64,000 nucleotides of DNA from Octopus vulgaris (lineage: Eukaryota), in NCBI GenBank assembly GCA_951406725.2, contig OX597822.1, positions 63,860,001-63,924,000 of the forward strand, in the 5' to 3' direction. The notes below the pieces were generated by a model. That model was not told the origin of the DNA, did not search any database, and saw only the letters and a program-made list of their open reading frames with translations. This document shows positions 23,907-38,517 of the stretch, piece by piece. The position numbers and the translations under genes are program-made. Numbering within the stretch: position 1 is the first letter of the stretch; the number at the start of each line of letters is the position of its first letter.

Positions 23907-26900
23907 CTAAAAGAAAAGAAGTGAAACAAAATGCATGAGAAATATCATTCTCTAAAGAATAAAATTTATGAATTGAAAATTTGAATAATCCTTTTTTTTT
24001 TTTCATTTTCATATTTTATAATCCTTTAGCATTTAACCCAACCACACTGGTCAAAATATTCTCCCTTTTATTTGTTCATATATAGCCAGATCTGGCCTTT
24101 TATATTTACCATGCAATATCATTCTAAAAATAAAGAACCACACTATCAGCTATGAGATAATGCAGGATTCATGAATAATTTAAAACAATGCCAACAAATA
24201 GAGAAGTTATATTTGATTTAGTAATTTAAATGCTAAAGGCATAAATATTATTTTTACAGTTGTTTGTTTATTTTATTATTTTTTTTTGGTGGGGGTTCAC
24301 AGTGTCTGTTATTGTATGAAGACACATACTTGAAATTATACAAATGGTACTTCATAAATATGACGCCATTCTATCCACAGATTCTCTGTAATGGGATATG
24401 GTGTTACCTAATTTTTATCTGGCTTAGAGTTACATAAATAGACCAATGCATCTTCCCTTAGGCAATGATGCAAAGTTTCTGACAAGGTTTCACATCAGCA
24501 CTCCAGCTATGGTAAATCCCTACACTAAACTAAAACCAGATTCTTTTCCTCATCCCAAAGACTAAGAATGGTTTTGCTTGAATTAAGTTACTACTGCTTC
24601 CGCGACTATGTTTTTTACCCCCTGTGTGTGTGTGTGTGTGTGTGTGTTTTTTTTTCATAATTTCAGTCATAGTGACCATGCTGGAGCACTGCCTTCAGCA
24701 GGTGTAGCCAAGTACTCTACAAATTGTATTGTGTCATCTCTCAGTTTAATGCAAAATTATTTTTTATCATAATTTAGCATAAAAACAAAGATTTGGAAAA
24801 CCAGACTAAGGCATGGATTGAAAAATATTTGGAAATACTGATCTAACTGCAGTAGGTGCACTTTATAAATGAAAAGTGTTCTACGAGTTTGCAGTTTTTA
24901 ATTAATCTCAGTACTCATTGTCCTTGGCGGCCAGAAATGGTAACAAGGGTCTTTCTACTCAAGTGTATTATTCTTGTACATGATTTGTTTATATGGCCAC
25001 CAAGAATTGTCCACCTGTTTGTCTGTTAACAAACCATGAACCATAATGCATGATCCATGATCTAGTCATATATTAAGGTTAATAATAATAATAATGAAGG
25101 AAAGAGATTTTATCGAAAGAAAAACTGAAAAATAAAGAAGAAAATTAAAAAGAAAACAAAAACAGTAAGGAGCATTTATTTGCTCAACAATGAAATAGAG
25201 AAAAAACAAAACAAAGAACAAAAACAGGGTTAATTGGTTAATTAAAATATTGTACAAATAAATTAGCAGATATTCCCTGAGTAGGTAACCAACAGATGTA
25301 GAATTGGTATCACTTTTCAGACTCACCATTGAGTGTAACCACTGTCAGCCCGAAAGTGGACAATGGTCAGTAAGATGAACCAAATTGTTAGGAAGGTCAA
25401 AGGTTACTGATATGTCAAAGGTTGATTAGTATACAAAAAAAGCTTTAAAAAAAACTATCTTGTTAAGCCATTGTTATTCAGCCAGCAATATTAATATGGT
25501 AGGATTAGATGGATTAAAGCAAACAGCCTAGTTAGATTAATCACAGAATGAGAGAAAGAGAGAGAGAGAGACTGTTCATGTCTTTGTTACCTTAGTCAAT
25601 TAGCTAAGCAGCAAAAGCAATCAAGGCAGGTATAGTTATGCTAAAAAAAAAGGCAGGTGTTTAAACAAGTAAAGATGTAGAAGGGAAAAATAAAATGATA
25701 GCAGGCAGTTAAACAGCAAAAGTAATGGACTCTAAAGCATTTCCTAACATAGGCTGGGTTCACCATACTACGACAATTGACCTTTGCTATCTTAAATCAC
25801 TATACAAGTACACTAGTAGAAAAATCTGTTGGCGGTCACTAAGAAACAATTTTTTTGACCTATTATCCTTATATTAAGAAGTTGTTGAAATTATGAAATT
25901 AGGAGTTGTTTCACAAATAAAACTAAATCTGTAGTGGAATAATAGCTGCCGTTCAGATTTAGTCCTCTTAAGAGAACAATTTAATTTATTTTCTAAAATT
26001 TAAATTTCATTGAGGGGGTCACAGTTCCAGTACCACGAACATGTGGTTAGAATACTATAGAAAAGAATTGCAAGAAGGATTCTTCAAGGTGAGTCAACCT
26101 GCAGAAATCCAAGAACAGACCAAGAATGCGATGGTTGGATAATACCCGTAAGCTGATTTGGTCATGCTTGGGAATCCAGGTGCAAAGTTTAATGAGGGTT
26201 GCTTCTGATAGGACCTTATAGAGGAGAGCTTGAGGACCAACATAGCATGTTTGCTGGATCTTCAAACACTTGTGTTTACTATACATCTTTTGAAATACCA
26301 ACTACCTACACATGTAGTTGGGGGGGGGGTGTCTTCTGATTTTGTAAAGGTATACAGTTGCAAAAAAGTACAATTTCAAGTTCTGTGTAAAGTCTGTGCC
26401 TAAGATTAACTGCTTATAGAACAGATAATCTCGCTTCAAGTAGTTCATTAACCGCAGCTAAAAGATTACATAAACTGAGAGAGAGAGAGAGATGAGAATG
26501 TTCCAGAAGATTCATTTATATATTCAAAAATACCAATCTGTCTTGTGATGAGAGAGGGAAAGAGAGAAAGCAAGAAAGAATCTAGTCCCTACAATTCCTC
26601 ACATGTGATAAATTGTAGGGACAAAATGAAATACTTCTTGTAATGCTTGTTTCACCAATAAACCAATTATATTTTATCACTCAATATGGTATAGGTGTAA
26701 TGAAGAGAGAGGAATATCTTTTGTGCTGCATTCTTAGAGTTGGTGCTTGCAAGATTGTTACCTGAAGAAACCATATAGATTCCCAGATCCTCTCCCCATT
26801 ACCATATATAGCAATCAACAAAATAATAAGGGAATTGGAATATTTCAAGAGAGATAATGATATTGAGGCCTGGATGCCATTCCTCTTCATGTGTCTAGCA

Positions 26901-29691
26901 AGATATCAGATATGGAATATTCTTTATAAAATATACAATAAATGATGGTTGTGTGGGTTATGTACGTGTCCGATTTGTTATAAATGTTTTTTTTTCTCTG
27001 AAAGCAGTTTCAGCCAACAAGACCAAAAAACAAAAAAAAAAAAGTATTTCACAGTAGTTCATTCTCAGCACTTAAAAGATTAATAAAGAGAGAGAGAGAG
27101 AGAGAGAGTGTTCCAGAAGATTCATATATATCTTGCAAGATATAGTACTAGCCACAGTAGCAGACGGGGGAGAAAGAGGGAGAGGTAAAAAAAAAAACAA
27201 AAGAAAAATAAAACACACCAAAATTAAGGATTTTTCCAAATATTTTTTTTTTTATTTTTGTTGATTTTTTTTCTTCAATGAAAAAATTGTTGAAGTGAAA
27301 GAATAAAGGAAAGAAAAAAAAAAAGAAAGAAGCGAAGTAAAAATGGAGAATTTATGTCAAATATATTATAAATCTATTTGTATTTTTATCATCATTATGT
27401 TTAAATACTTTCGGTGTGGTTTTTTCTTCACACTTCTATGCTTTCTATAATGATTTTAAAATTCTAGGCAGTATCATAGTAATATGCAGTGGAGTGTATT
27501 ATGAAATAATAGCTAACATTTTAATGAAAATAAAAAAATTGGTCATGAGAATCACTGATCTGTGACAGTAAAACAGCAACAGGTCTGCTTGCCAGTCAAC
27601 TGTTATTACCAATCTTTATTTTTTCTTTCTTTGAGCTCTAGAACTCATAAAGCCAGTTACCCACTTTGCAAGATGACCAACATCAAAATATTTTCCCTTG
27701 AACAGGATAAGAGACAAAAGTTCAGAGTAGAGTTCGAGGTCAACAATTTTGAGGGGAGGAGGCCAAGTCGATGACACCAACTACCAAGGTCATAACTGAC
27801 TTCAGTGGGGTTTGAACTCGGAACATGAGCCACAAGAAATTCTGCTGAGCGTTTTACCCAACAGGCTAATGCTTCTACCAGCTCACTGCCTTATATTACC
27901 AATTACACTTCTTAAATTAGGTACTATATCGGTGGGTCTTTTGCATTTTTCTGTCTGGAAATGGGGATTGTAATGACTAATACATCAGTGGTGGCCTAGT
28001 GATCAAAGTATTGAGCTTGCAATCATCTGGTTAAGGGTTTGAATCTTGGACCAGGTAACACACTGTGCCTTTGAGCAAAGCACATCATTTCACACAGTTC
28101 CAGTTTACCCAGCTGAAAATGAGTATTATTCTAATGCTGGTGTTGTTCTCAATCACTCCCCTCCAAGCTGGTAACAGGACAGGCATATGTATCTGCTCAA
28201 GAATACAAAGGCACTTGAAACATTTAGCAAAAGCATGAGGCATGTTGTTACCAAGCCATGCTCACTTCCAAGTGAGAGCTCTGGTATTTCTCTCTTTTCA
28301 AAACCATTACCCTTTTGCTACCAAATTTCTGTGGAAAGATATTGCATTTCTTTCAATCAATTTTGAAAATAGAAAACAATTTAGTAAAATAACTTTGTCA
28401 CTATTAGCCCTCTTGGTATTCAAACAAACCATGACCGGTCCAAATATTTGATCTGTTTTTATGTTCAAACTGGCCAGATATGGCCTATCACACCTGCCCT
28501 ACAATGTCACTCTAAACATAAGCAATCACATCAAAATCATGGAGCTATGAGATAATACAAGATTAATTTGGAACAATCTGGATAAATACGCATTACAGTT
28601 GGTGGATTAATCTGAATGCTAAAGGGTTAAGCTAGTGTTCAGAATCCAAAGCTTTACCATTTCAATGACGTGATTCTTTACTTTAGGAATGACATTGCAG
28701 GGTAGGTATAAAGGCCAGATGTAGCTGATTTGAACATAAAGCATGAAGAATATTTGGGCCGCATACGGCTGGTCTAAATGCTAAAGGGTTAAAACAAGAC
28801 GTTTGTATCATAGAACCTGAAGCAGTCTCAGACAGATTGGCATCAAAAGGGTTAATTGTAGATAGAATAGTAATGACTTATAAAAGATAGGTAATCAGAA
28901 AAAGTTTGGTTGATCGATACTGTTTACTTTATAATCTGGGAGGATTCCAATTGTCTTTTGGTTTTTTTTAACTTTAAGAGGAATTATCGGAATGCAAACA
29001 TTGATGACCAAAGAATTCAGGAATGATATCAAAGAAGCAATAATTGTCTCTAAATTAAGCAAAGGGCTAGCAATTTTGAAGGAAGAGGTTAATTGATAGC
29101 ATTGGCTCCAGCACCTGACAGATCCTTTATTTTACCAATTTTGGAAGAATAAAAGGTAGAAGTTGACTGTTGCAAGATTTGAACTTGGAACATAGAAACA
29201 TAAAAGTATCATGAGGCATTTTAACTGATACTCTAATGATTCTACCAACCCACTGTCTTTACCACAGTATAAATTACTAATCAACACTAATTAATGGTTG
29301 TACCTAAAAAATTCATTAAATGCTGAGAGACCTCTAACGATAACGAGGAAAAAAAACACATTACGTTGCTGCTGTTGTTATATATATTAATAAACTATGA
29401 ACAGAAAACCTAATTATAAATAAATAAAATTGAAAAAAAAAAAAGAAACAATAAAAACATAAAACATTTAAGATCTACTTAGATTTGAACCTGCCAACGC
29501 TACATTCTATCATTCGCAATCACATCTTTACTGTGGTTTAAAGTACTTAATGTTTCCACCAGAAATATATTAGTTTGGATTTGTTTTCAACACCACAAAT
29601 CACAAATACCTGCAACTATAAAAAGATTGCCCCTAAGAAAATTTTCCACACACAAGTATGTGTATTCATGGAGGGATACATGCATACATAT

Positions 29692-29728
<37 letters not shown>

Positions 29729-30117
29729 GTCTTTTACTTGGTTCAGTCATTTGACTGTGGCCATGCTGGACTACCACCTTCAGTTGAGCAAATCGGCCCC
29801 AGGACTTATTCTTTGGAAGCTTATTTATTCTATCGGACTCTTTTGCCAAACCGTTAAAAGTTATGGGGGAAGAAAACACACCAGCATCGGTTGTCAAGCA
29901 TTGTTGGGGGGGGAGGGGACAAACAGACACACACATATATATATATATACACACACACGATGGGCTTCTTTCAGTTTCCGTCTACCAAATCCACTCACAA
30001 GACTTTGGTCGGCCCGAGGCTAAGGTAGAAGACACTTGCCCAAGGTGTCATGCAGTGGACTGAACCCAGAACCATGTGGTTGGTAAGCAAGCTATTTACC
30101 ATACAGCCACTCGTGTA

Positions 30118-30186
<69 letters not shown>

Positions 30187-31213
30187 ACGTATATGTATAT
30201 CTATGTGTGTGTGTGCAGATAGTGTACACACTAGTGCGAGTAACAATACTCACTACCATGGAGAGAGTGCTATTTATGGTTATGGTAGCTGGCACCTCAA
30301 ATCTAGTTATTCGAATTAAATGTTCCCGATCATCAGACTGGATGATCATATAAACACACATGCACACACTTATACATACATTTGTATACATACGCATATA
30401 CATGTGTATGTATATTTATAAATACACGTCTGCATTCACACACACACACACCACATGCACACAACTACATACATTTGTATATATGCATATATATTTATAA
30501 ATACATATGCCTGAATCCATATATACATACATTCATACACGCATGTAATATGAATTTATTCATATATATGAGTGTACACAGCAGGGCAGCTGCAAAAATT
30601 TGATATATACCAAAGTTTAATATATATTCGAAACACAAATATCCTTGTTGTGTAATGAAAGTTTGGGTATATATCCCAAAGTTCTTGACAGCACAGCATG
30701 GGTACCAAACATTTTCCATATGGCTCTAAGCTGAGTTTTCTTGCAATCAAAACCTGGAATTATGTGAACTCTTATGAAAACAAGTTTGAAGCTATGTAGT
30801 GAGTATAACACCTGTATTGCACAGCTGTAAACTGGGAGCCTTTTCTTGTGTATTTGTATAGCTTCAAGTTTGATCTTCTCAATGCATGTAAATCGTTTCC
30901 CAAAAAATACTTTCGATTCATATCAAAAGCTCTGAGGAAGCTATAAGTTGATGCACAAGAACTCAGGTCTGAATACATTGCATCTTATAGCAGAAACAGC
31001 AGTAAGCTAATGAAGTTGATTACTTAATTCCTGTTCCATTGTCATTTATTTAATCTCATACTACACTATACATACATATATATATATATATATAATTTAA
31101 ATAATGAGGGTGATAAATTGAATATTAATTAATTTAAAACTAGTAGCCTAGCATATAGAAAAATCTGAAAATTCAGAAAAATTGTAATACATGTATATAT
31201 ACATAAGGTCATC

Positions 31214-31255
<42 letters not shown>

Positions 31256-31454
31256 ATAATAATATTAGGGAATATGATTCTAAACTTACAGGAAAAAATT
31301 CAATTTAGTAATACTAATTATATACTATTTATTTATTTTGTACGTTACTTAATTATAGGCATATGTTTTATCATATATTTAATATTTTTCTATATATTAT
31401 GATTTAATTATATCATTGTTGAATTGCTACATGGTGGTTCTTCTCTAATTTATA

Positions 31455-31567
31455 TGCATGCATGCATGCATGCATGCATGCATGCATGCATGCATGTATG
31501 TATGTATGTATGTATGTATGTATGTATGTATGTATGTATGTATGTATGTATGTATGTATGTATGTAT
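31455..31567. repeat. Compound (ATGC)n-(ATGT)n microsatellite
   Basis: Read directly from the sequence. Confidence 0.95.
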
Positions 31568-32830
31568 AGATGGATATATAATGGCTTTGCTGTCTACTCA
31601 ACAAAACACAAACTAAATGTTCCACAAGCACTCGAGCAAACTTACTCCTCCACTTGTTTCCATTCGCCAAAAGGTTAGCAAGGCACCAGTAGGTCTCAAG
31701 AGAAACATTTATGTCCATAGAACATGATTACCACTTTATTTTACTGAGCCCTCATTTTTTGTTCACGACATGAGAATCCATAATATATATGATTTACCTT
31801 GCATTTACTTCGCATTGTTTTGGCCTCACCCACAATATTTTATACAATATATATACATATATAGCAATAGCTATGTCCTTAAGGGTTTTGTATATTGTTT
31901 GTTTTTTTTGTTTTGAGATCATTGTTGCAGTAAGTACACACACACATACTGTATTTTGTGTGTTTGATTTTATTGTAATTTAGGATATAATGTGTGGTTA
32001 AGAAACTCACTTTGTAAAATCAGGGTTTCAGGTTCAGTCCCTCTGCATGACACCTTGGGCAAGTGTCTTGTACAATAGCTCTGAGCTGACCAATGCTTTG
32101 TGAGTGAATTCATTAGACAGAAACTGTGCAGAAGCCTACCACATATATCTGTGTGTGTGTGTGTGTGTATTTGTTCTCCACCACTGCTCGACAATCTGTT
32201 AGTTTGTTTTATGTCCCTGTAACTTAGCGGTTCACAAAAGAGACTGATAGAATAAGTCCCAGACTGATAAAAATAAATACTGGGATCAGTTTGTACAACT
32301 AAAGCCCTTCAAGGTGGTGCCCCCAGAATGGCTACAGTCCAGTGAAAGAAACAAGTTGAAAGATAAAAGATAGTGTGCTGTATGTATTTTTCATCTACTG
32401 CTTAGTCAGGGAGTTCCCATGATCCTTTATCTTTTGCAGGGGCCTCAGGAGTTAGTGGAAAAAGGGAAGAAATTCTTCTCAAACTGGAGACTAAGTTTGA
32501 AGCTTCAATGTTTGCAACAGGCTAAAATGTGCTAAAGGTACCCAAGCTTATTTACATACTGTGTTACTATTCAATTTGTTTTTCCTTTTCTTAAATGAAA
32601 GGAAGAGAGAGAGATTTGACTGCTATTTTTAACAGTTTGGGTGACTTTGAGGTCTAACCTAGGTTAGACTTGACTGAGCAGACCTATTCTTTATAGACAT
32701 TCCAATTGTGATCGTCCCGTCTTTTTAAGAGTATGTTTAGAACTATGCTAACAAATTAGTCTTTATAATTTTTGCCAAAGTAGTAGAGTGGGATCTGAGG
32801 AAAATTTGATTACTATTTCTAGTAGACATG

Positions 32831-33116
32831 GAGGCACATGGCCTAGTGGTTAGAGCAGCAGACTCACGGGTTCAAATCTCAGACCAAGCGATGTATGTGT
32901 GTTTATGAGCGAAACACCTAAGCTCCACGTGGCTCTGGCAGAAGGTAATGGCAAACTTCTGCTGACTCTTTCACCATAACTTTCTCTCACTCTTTCCTCC
33001 TGCATCTTGCAGCTCACCTGCAACGGACCGGTGTCCCGTCCAGGTGGGGAACCTAAATGCCAAGGAAACCAGGAAACCAGCCCTATGAGCCAGGCGTGGC
33101 TCGAGAAGGAACAAAC
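32831..33116 (+). mobile_element. SINE family C with 16-bp TSD
   Basis: tRNA-like head tggcctagtggttagagc...ggttcaaatc; TSD atttctagtagacatg at 32815-32830 and 33117-33132. Confidence 0.85.
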
Positions 33117-33949
33117 ATTTCTAGTAGACATGTAAAAGAAAAAAAAAAAAGGACTCCCTTGTTAGCTCATTGTTGCTGCTGATAATGATGATGATGATGA
33201 GGTCGTAAATGCATATAACTAATATATTTTTGGATGGAAACACTAAGTCATATAACAAACTCTGCATACCTTATTTCTCCTTTCCGCCTTCGCTTTTTAT
33301 GACTGATTGTGAAAAAAGAGAAAACTCATCACAAAAACCAAACAAATATAAAAAAAAATGAAAAGCAAAAAAAAAGAAAAAAAAGCAATTTTTTTTTTTT
33401 TACAATTTAAAAAAAAAAATTCTTTTCCTTTCATTTTGTTTTGTGGGTTTTAAAAAAAAAATTCTGAGAGGAAAAGAACTTTGAGAAAGCGCCGTCATTC
33501 AAGGGTGTTAAAGCTTATTTTAAGGTTGCCAGATGCCTGATTGTAGTTCACTATTCCAAGCCACATCTTTTTTTAGACATTTCTGTGTATCATTAATAAA
33601 TCAATGGTCAGATATTTGAAGAGGGAACAAGTGGAATTGGTTGGTTTGGTTGGATGGTTGATTGGTTGGTTGGTTGGTTGGTTGGTTGATAGATTGAGTA
33701 GTAGATAAAACTGTGCCGTGACGAGTGTTACACTCTGGTTGTAACAGTTATTATCATAAAGACAAGAATGGGTGGGAAACAACAAGAAAAATAATTTCTG
33801 CAGATAATGACGGACTAGCAGAATAAAATGTGTCTATGTGATTTGACATTATCAAGAGCAGGGCTTTAAGAGCTTAAATATATATATAACATTAGTATCT
33901 ATTGAGGACATAAAAATTTATGAACTATTGAGGGAACGCATAACAATTC

Positions 33950-34190
33950 TTTTTTGTGGAATAGTGGATCTCGAAGCACATAAAGCTATAAATAATGGCA
34001 TTTATGTATCGGGTTGAAAAATACTTTTTGGTTAGAATAACAGTTGGATGCTGTCTATAGGACACAAACCTACATCCACTATAGACATGACAGATGTTCT
34101 GCCAATAGACCAAAGTGTTTTTCGACCCGATATTTCCATGCTATTATTTTATAGCTTTATGTACTTCCAGATCCGCAGTTCAGAAAAAAA
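33950..34190. mobile_element. Foldback/MITE-like element with about 70-80-bp imperfect inverted arms
   Basis: ggatctcgaagcacataaagctataaa...tcgggttgaaaaatac versus gtgtttttcgacccga...tttatagctttatgtacttccagatcc. Confidence 0.7.
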
Positions 34191-34520
34191 AAAGAAAGAT
34201 AAAAAAGAATTAATATCTATATTTGTTCTACTTGTTGACCAAACAACCAGAGAGGGTGCTTTTCAGTGTTTTCATGTTTATTATTTTGTTATTTTTAACA
34301 ACATTGTTCCTTCACTGACAGAAATGTCTAAACAGTGTGTGTGTGTATGTTTCTTGCATCATTAGCCTACACTTCTGGTGCAGCTTGTCCATTCTACAAC
34401 AGCCAAGAGTGTCACAGAAAGCATTAATACACACACGTGATTTAGGATGCCACACCATATCAACTACAATATATATACATATATACACACACACACACAC
34501 ACAAACAAATATATATAGCA

Positions 34521-34557
<37 letters not shown>

Positions 34558-34624
34558 CAAACACACATACACGCACATGTACACTCACACACATGTATTA
34601 ATAAAAGTGGAATTTTATACAAAC

Positions 34625-34850
34625 CTTTCACGTTCTTTCTCTTTCCAGAAGACAGAGTAGCTGATGATTTTGGTATCCTTCGGTCCAGTGTGGGTGGGTG
34701 GTTTCCATGACAGCGTGACAAAGCTTGGGGCTCGGATCACTTCGTGTAGGTCGACTGGCTCAGACGGCAAGCTATCGGAGTTCAGGTTCTGCAGGCCTAG
34801 AGGGATGGTTGGTGAGTGGGTCAGTGTTGGGGTCAAGGGATGGGAATCGT
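34625..34850 (-). CDS. NEO1/DCC: Exon: Ig4-FN1 linker plus FN1 N-terminal half (DSHPLTPTL...LPSEPVDLHEVIRAPSFVTLSWKPP...YSVFWKEKERE)
   Basis: Donor gtttgt, phase 2. The 5' boundary is uncertain: in-frame acceptors give starts at 34853, 34850 or 34796. Confidence 0.88.
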
Positions 34851-35216
34851 CTGCTGGGTCACGGAAGGAAAACATACACTTGTGAAGAAGGAACACGTAT
34901 TAATGGATGTATCACCTATATCATGCAATAAACAGGCAAACATAGAAACAGACAAAAAACAAAAACCCAAAAAACAAAAGACACATTAAAAAAAAACAAC
35001 TCGGACGAGGTGAATATATCATACCACATAAAAAAGAAAAAAAAACAACTACCAAGCTTCTGGGGGTTATTGCAATAAGAAAACAATAATGACAACAACA
35101 TCAACACACAAACATTAAAACAAACACTAGTAATGAGCAAAATATAAAAAAGACAAAAATATGGATTATTGGACATTATTTCAAAATAAAACAATGATTA
35201 GTTTACAAATAGTATA

Positions 35217-35322
<106 letters not shown>

Positions 35323-38159
35323 TATGTATATATATGTTATAGTTGGCAATTTATAGTTCATTTTTGTTTTTACTTCTTTAAATCCATATCTTCTTTGTGA
35401 TGTGAGAGTTAACTGGATTTACACGATTCCTGGATTACATTTATTGGTTATATGCAAATGAGCAGGATTAAGGGGAATGGCAATGGTTGGGAGAGCATTT
35501 AGCTGCAACAATACCAAGAATTATACCAAAATCACAACCACAAGAACAAACAAAAAAGAAAAAGAAAAAAAAATGAAGAATGTGGCTAAGTTTGCAGTTT
35601 AAGACTATCTATGGTGGACATTGGTTCTCAAGACTTCAAACTGAACATGACTAAACTACCAAGCAAAGATTTGGAAGTTGCTGCTAGTATTTTCCAGAAG
35701 TCTCCAAAATCTATTTCCTCACTCTCTTCCTAGTCCATTTATTTTTGTAATTGTTATTGGTTATGATTATAATGATTGCCATTCTGATGATGATGATGAT
35801 AATGGTGATGATGATGAGGTTTGATGATTATAATAATGATGATGATAATGAGTGCGATGCTGATGGTAATGAAGATTTCAAAGTGGTTGAAAAGACTAAT
35901 ATCTTACATAACATGGCAGAAGACACTTTATCTTAGCGATGACCAAAACATCCTTTGGTCCGTAAAAGAATCCTAGTTCCTAAGTAACTTAAAAATGGTG
36001 TGGAAAATAGTCCTGCTGCTCAGAGTAAAAGCTGTTGAAAAGATCCTCAGACTGTGTACTTCAAACCTATCACAACTCTCAATGGCTGAGCTCTTCTTGT
36101 TACAGCTGAAGACTGATGTGTCAGAATGTGAATGCTAAGTTCAATTTCTCCAGTGAGAAAAAAAACAAAAACAAAAACAAACAAAAAACCCCAAAACCAA
36201 CAACAAATACTTGCAATGGGTCATTTGTGAGTAAGTTTCCCCTCATAAGAAGGGGATTTAGAAAGCAACACATCAATCTAGAGTCGTATCTCAGTGGTCT
36301 CAGGTATTGAGCATTAAGTATTTTAGGGTTTTAGCTGTAAATATAATGGCATCAATCTGCCAATCTCAGATGAACCTTATAGGGAATTTTCGGCCATCCA
36401 CTGGATTAAGATGAAAAATTAATTCTAAGTAGTTAGACAATTAATTGATGCTATTATGTAAACCACAAAGATGAATAAAACATCAACTAAGTGCCAAAAC
36501 TGAGTGCTTACTTTTGTGCCATGTCAACTATCTATGCTAAATATTTAGAATATATGTATCTCAATGAATTCTTTGCATTATTTTTCCATGAATAAGGTGA
36601 AATCAGGCAATTGATTAAGTCTTATATGGAGAAGGAGTATTTAACCACAGAGAAACAGGAATTTAAAAAAAAACAACCCATAAAACAAAAGGTACATTAA
36701 GTACCTGAAAGCCAATAAAAAGTCAGTATTTAAGAAATAACAATTCCACAAGAGGAAAACTTCTTTTCTTTTACGAGATTTCCTTATATATCATTAAAAA
36801 AAAATAAAGAAAAATTTTAGTTTAGTCTGCTTAATCTAACTAACCCTCTTGTCTCCAAACAAATTTCACAATGGCCGCCATGATTGTTTTAAAACAATTT
36901 TTCGCGATCAGCTATTTTATGAATTTTGACTGATATTTTTTTGCTTGTTTGTTTGTTTCTCCATATTTTCCAATAATCTAGATGTGTTGTTTGGAATAAA
37001 TATATCATTTGCCTAAGAATACTATGTGTATGTGTGTGTATGTATGTATGTATGTATGTATGTATGTATATATATAAATTTTTTAGATATGTAGTGCAAC
37101 CAATTTGTTGCAAGAATCATCATTGTTATTATTATTAATGTTTTTTTTATGTGGGGACTGGAAGCTTTAAATAGTATTTAGAAAGGAAAAACTAAAAAAC
37201 TAAAAAAAAAAAACCCCAAAATTTCGTAATGCCATAAAAGTGAAAACAAAAGGAAGCAGTCTTTATCAATGAGAATAATTTTATAGAAAGAAAATCTTTA
37301 GGAAGAATGCATAGCATTAACAATAACAAAAAAAAAAAAAAATAATTTAAGGCTTCAACTGAAGAATAAAAAAAAAATTCAATAAATCAATATAAATAAC
37401 AGATAACATTGATAATTTTAACAATAAGAATTTCTATAGTAAAGATAAACAATAATAGCATTGATAATACTACTAATAATGCTAATACTAATAAGACTGC
37501 AAATATAAATAGCAATGGGGATAAATGAAAATTAAAAAAAAAAAAAACGAAAGAAAATCAAACAAAAAAAAAATGCACGTTGCTACTGAATAACCTCCGT
37601 TATTGCACATATTCAAAGAAAGAGTGCAAACTATCTCCAACGGAAAGCATCTGTAAATCCATGCAGCATGCCTGTATAGCCAGTGAGAGCTGTTGTCAAA
37701 GATGCTACAATGTATCCCGAATTTTCTGCCCTATCCATCACAAACAAATATATACAACTCTCTTCTATTGAATCTTTGGCAGCAAGGACTTGGCATTTAT
37801 GTGTATGTGCATCTATGTATAGTGTTGGTGTTGTTGCTTTGTCCCAGGTAAGTCAGCCGTGATTAAGCAGATGAATACATGATCAAAGCATTCCAGTAGG
37901 ATTTGCTTTTTTTCAGTCAAAGAATGTATCTGAGACTATGTAGTCCAATGATTCCTCCTTTTATATATGTGTATATATATATATATATCCAAACTGAGGG
38001 AGAAAAGCAGGTTAAGTTCAGGCTACTTATGTTTCCTGGCTAGCAGATCCTCTGATGTAATAATTACTCAACGAGGGATATTCAGTTACCTACACATGAG
38101 GTCGAGGATATCTTAATTATATGAAGGCTATATTGCCATTAAGGAATCCCAAGTTAGCT

Positions 38160-38203
<44 letters not shown>

Positions 38204-38466
38204 CATGAGGGTAAGATCAGGGAAAGATGAAAACAAACAGCATTTTTTTAATATCTATGATGTTTCCATTGCATGAAACCATCAATAGCTCATAAAAAAT
38301 GTATATATATACATATCTTCATACACACATATATATATATATATAGAAACGTACATATAAATACATACGTATACATACATACATATACATACGTATATAC
38401 ATACATATACACATACATGCATATATCTATATATATATACATATATACACACATATATATCCACAT

Positions 38467-38517
<51 letters not shown>

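Noticed and set aside
37585-37640. 56-nt phase 2-to-1 exon candidate (CFPLEIVCTLSLNMCNNG)
   Set aside because: Weak donor (gttatt) and weak pyrimidine tract.
38250-38292. Hammerhead-like pattern on the minus strand (ctat-TGATGG...GAAACATC-atag)
   Set aside because: The core is missing C3 and A9, and stem II is not convincing.
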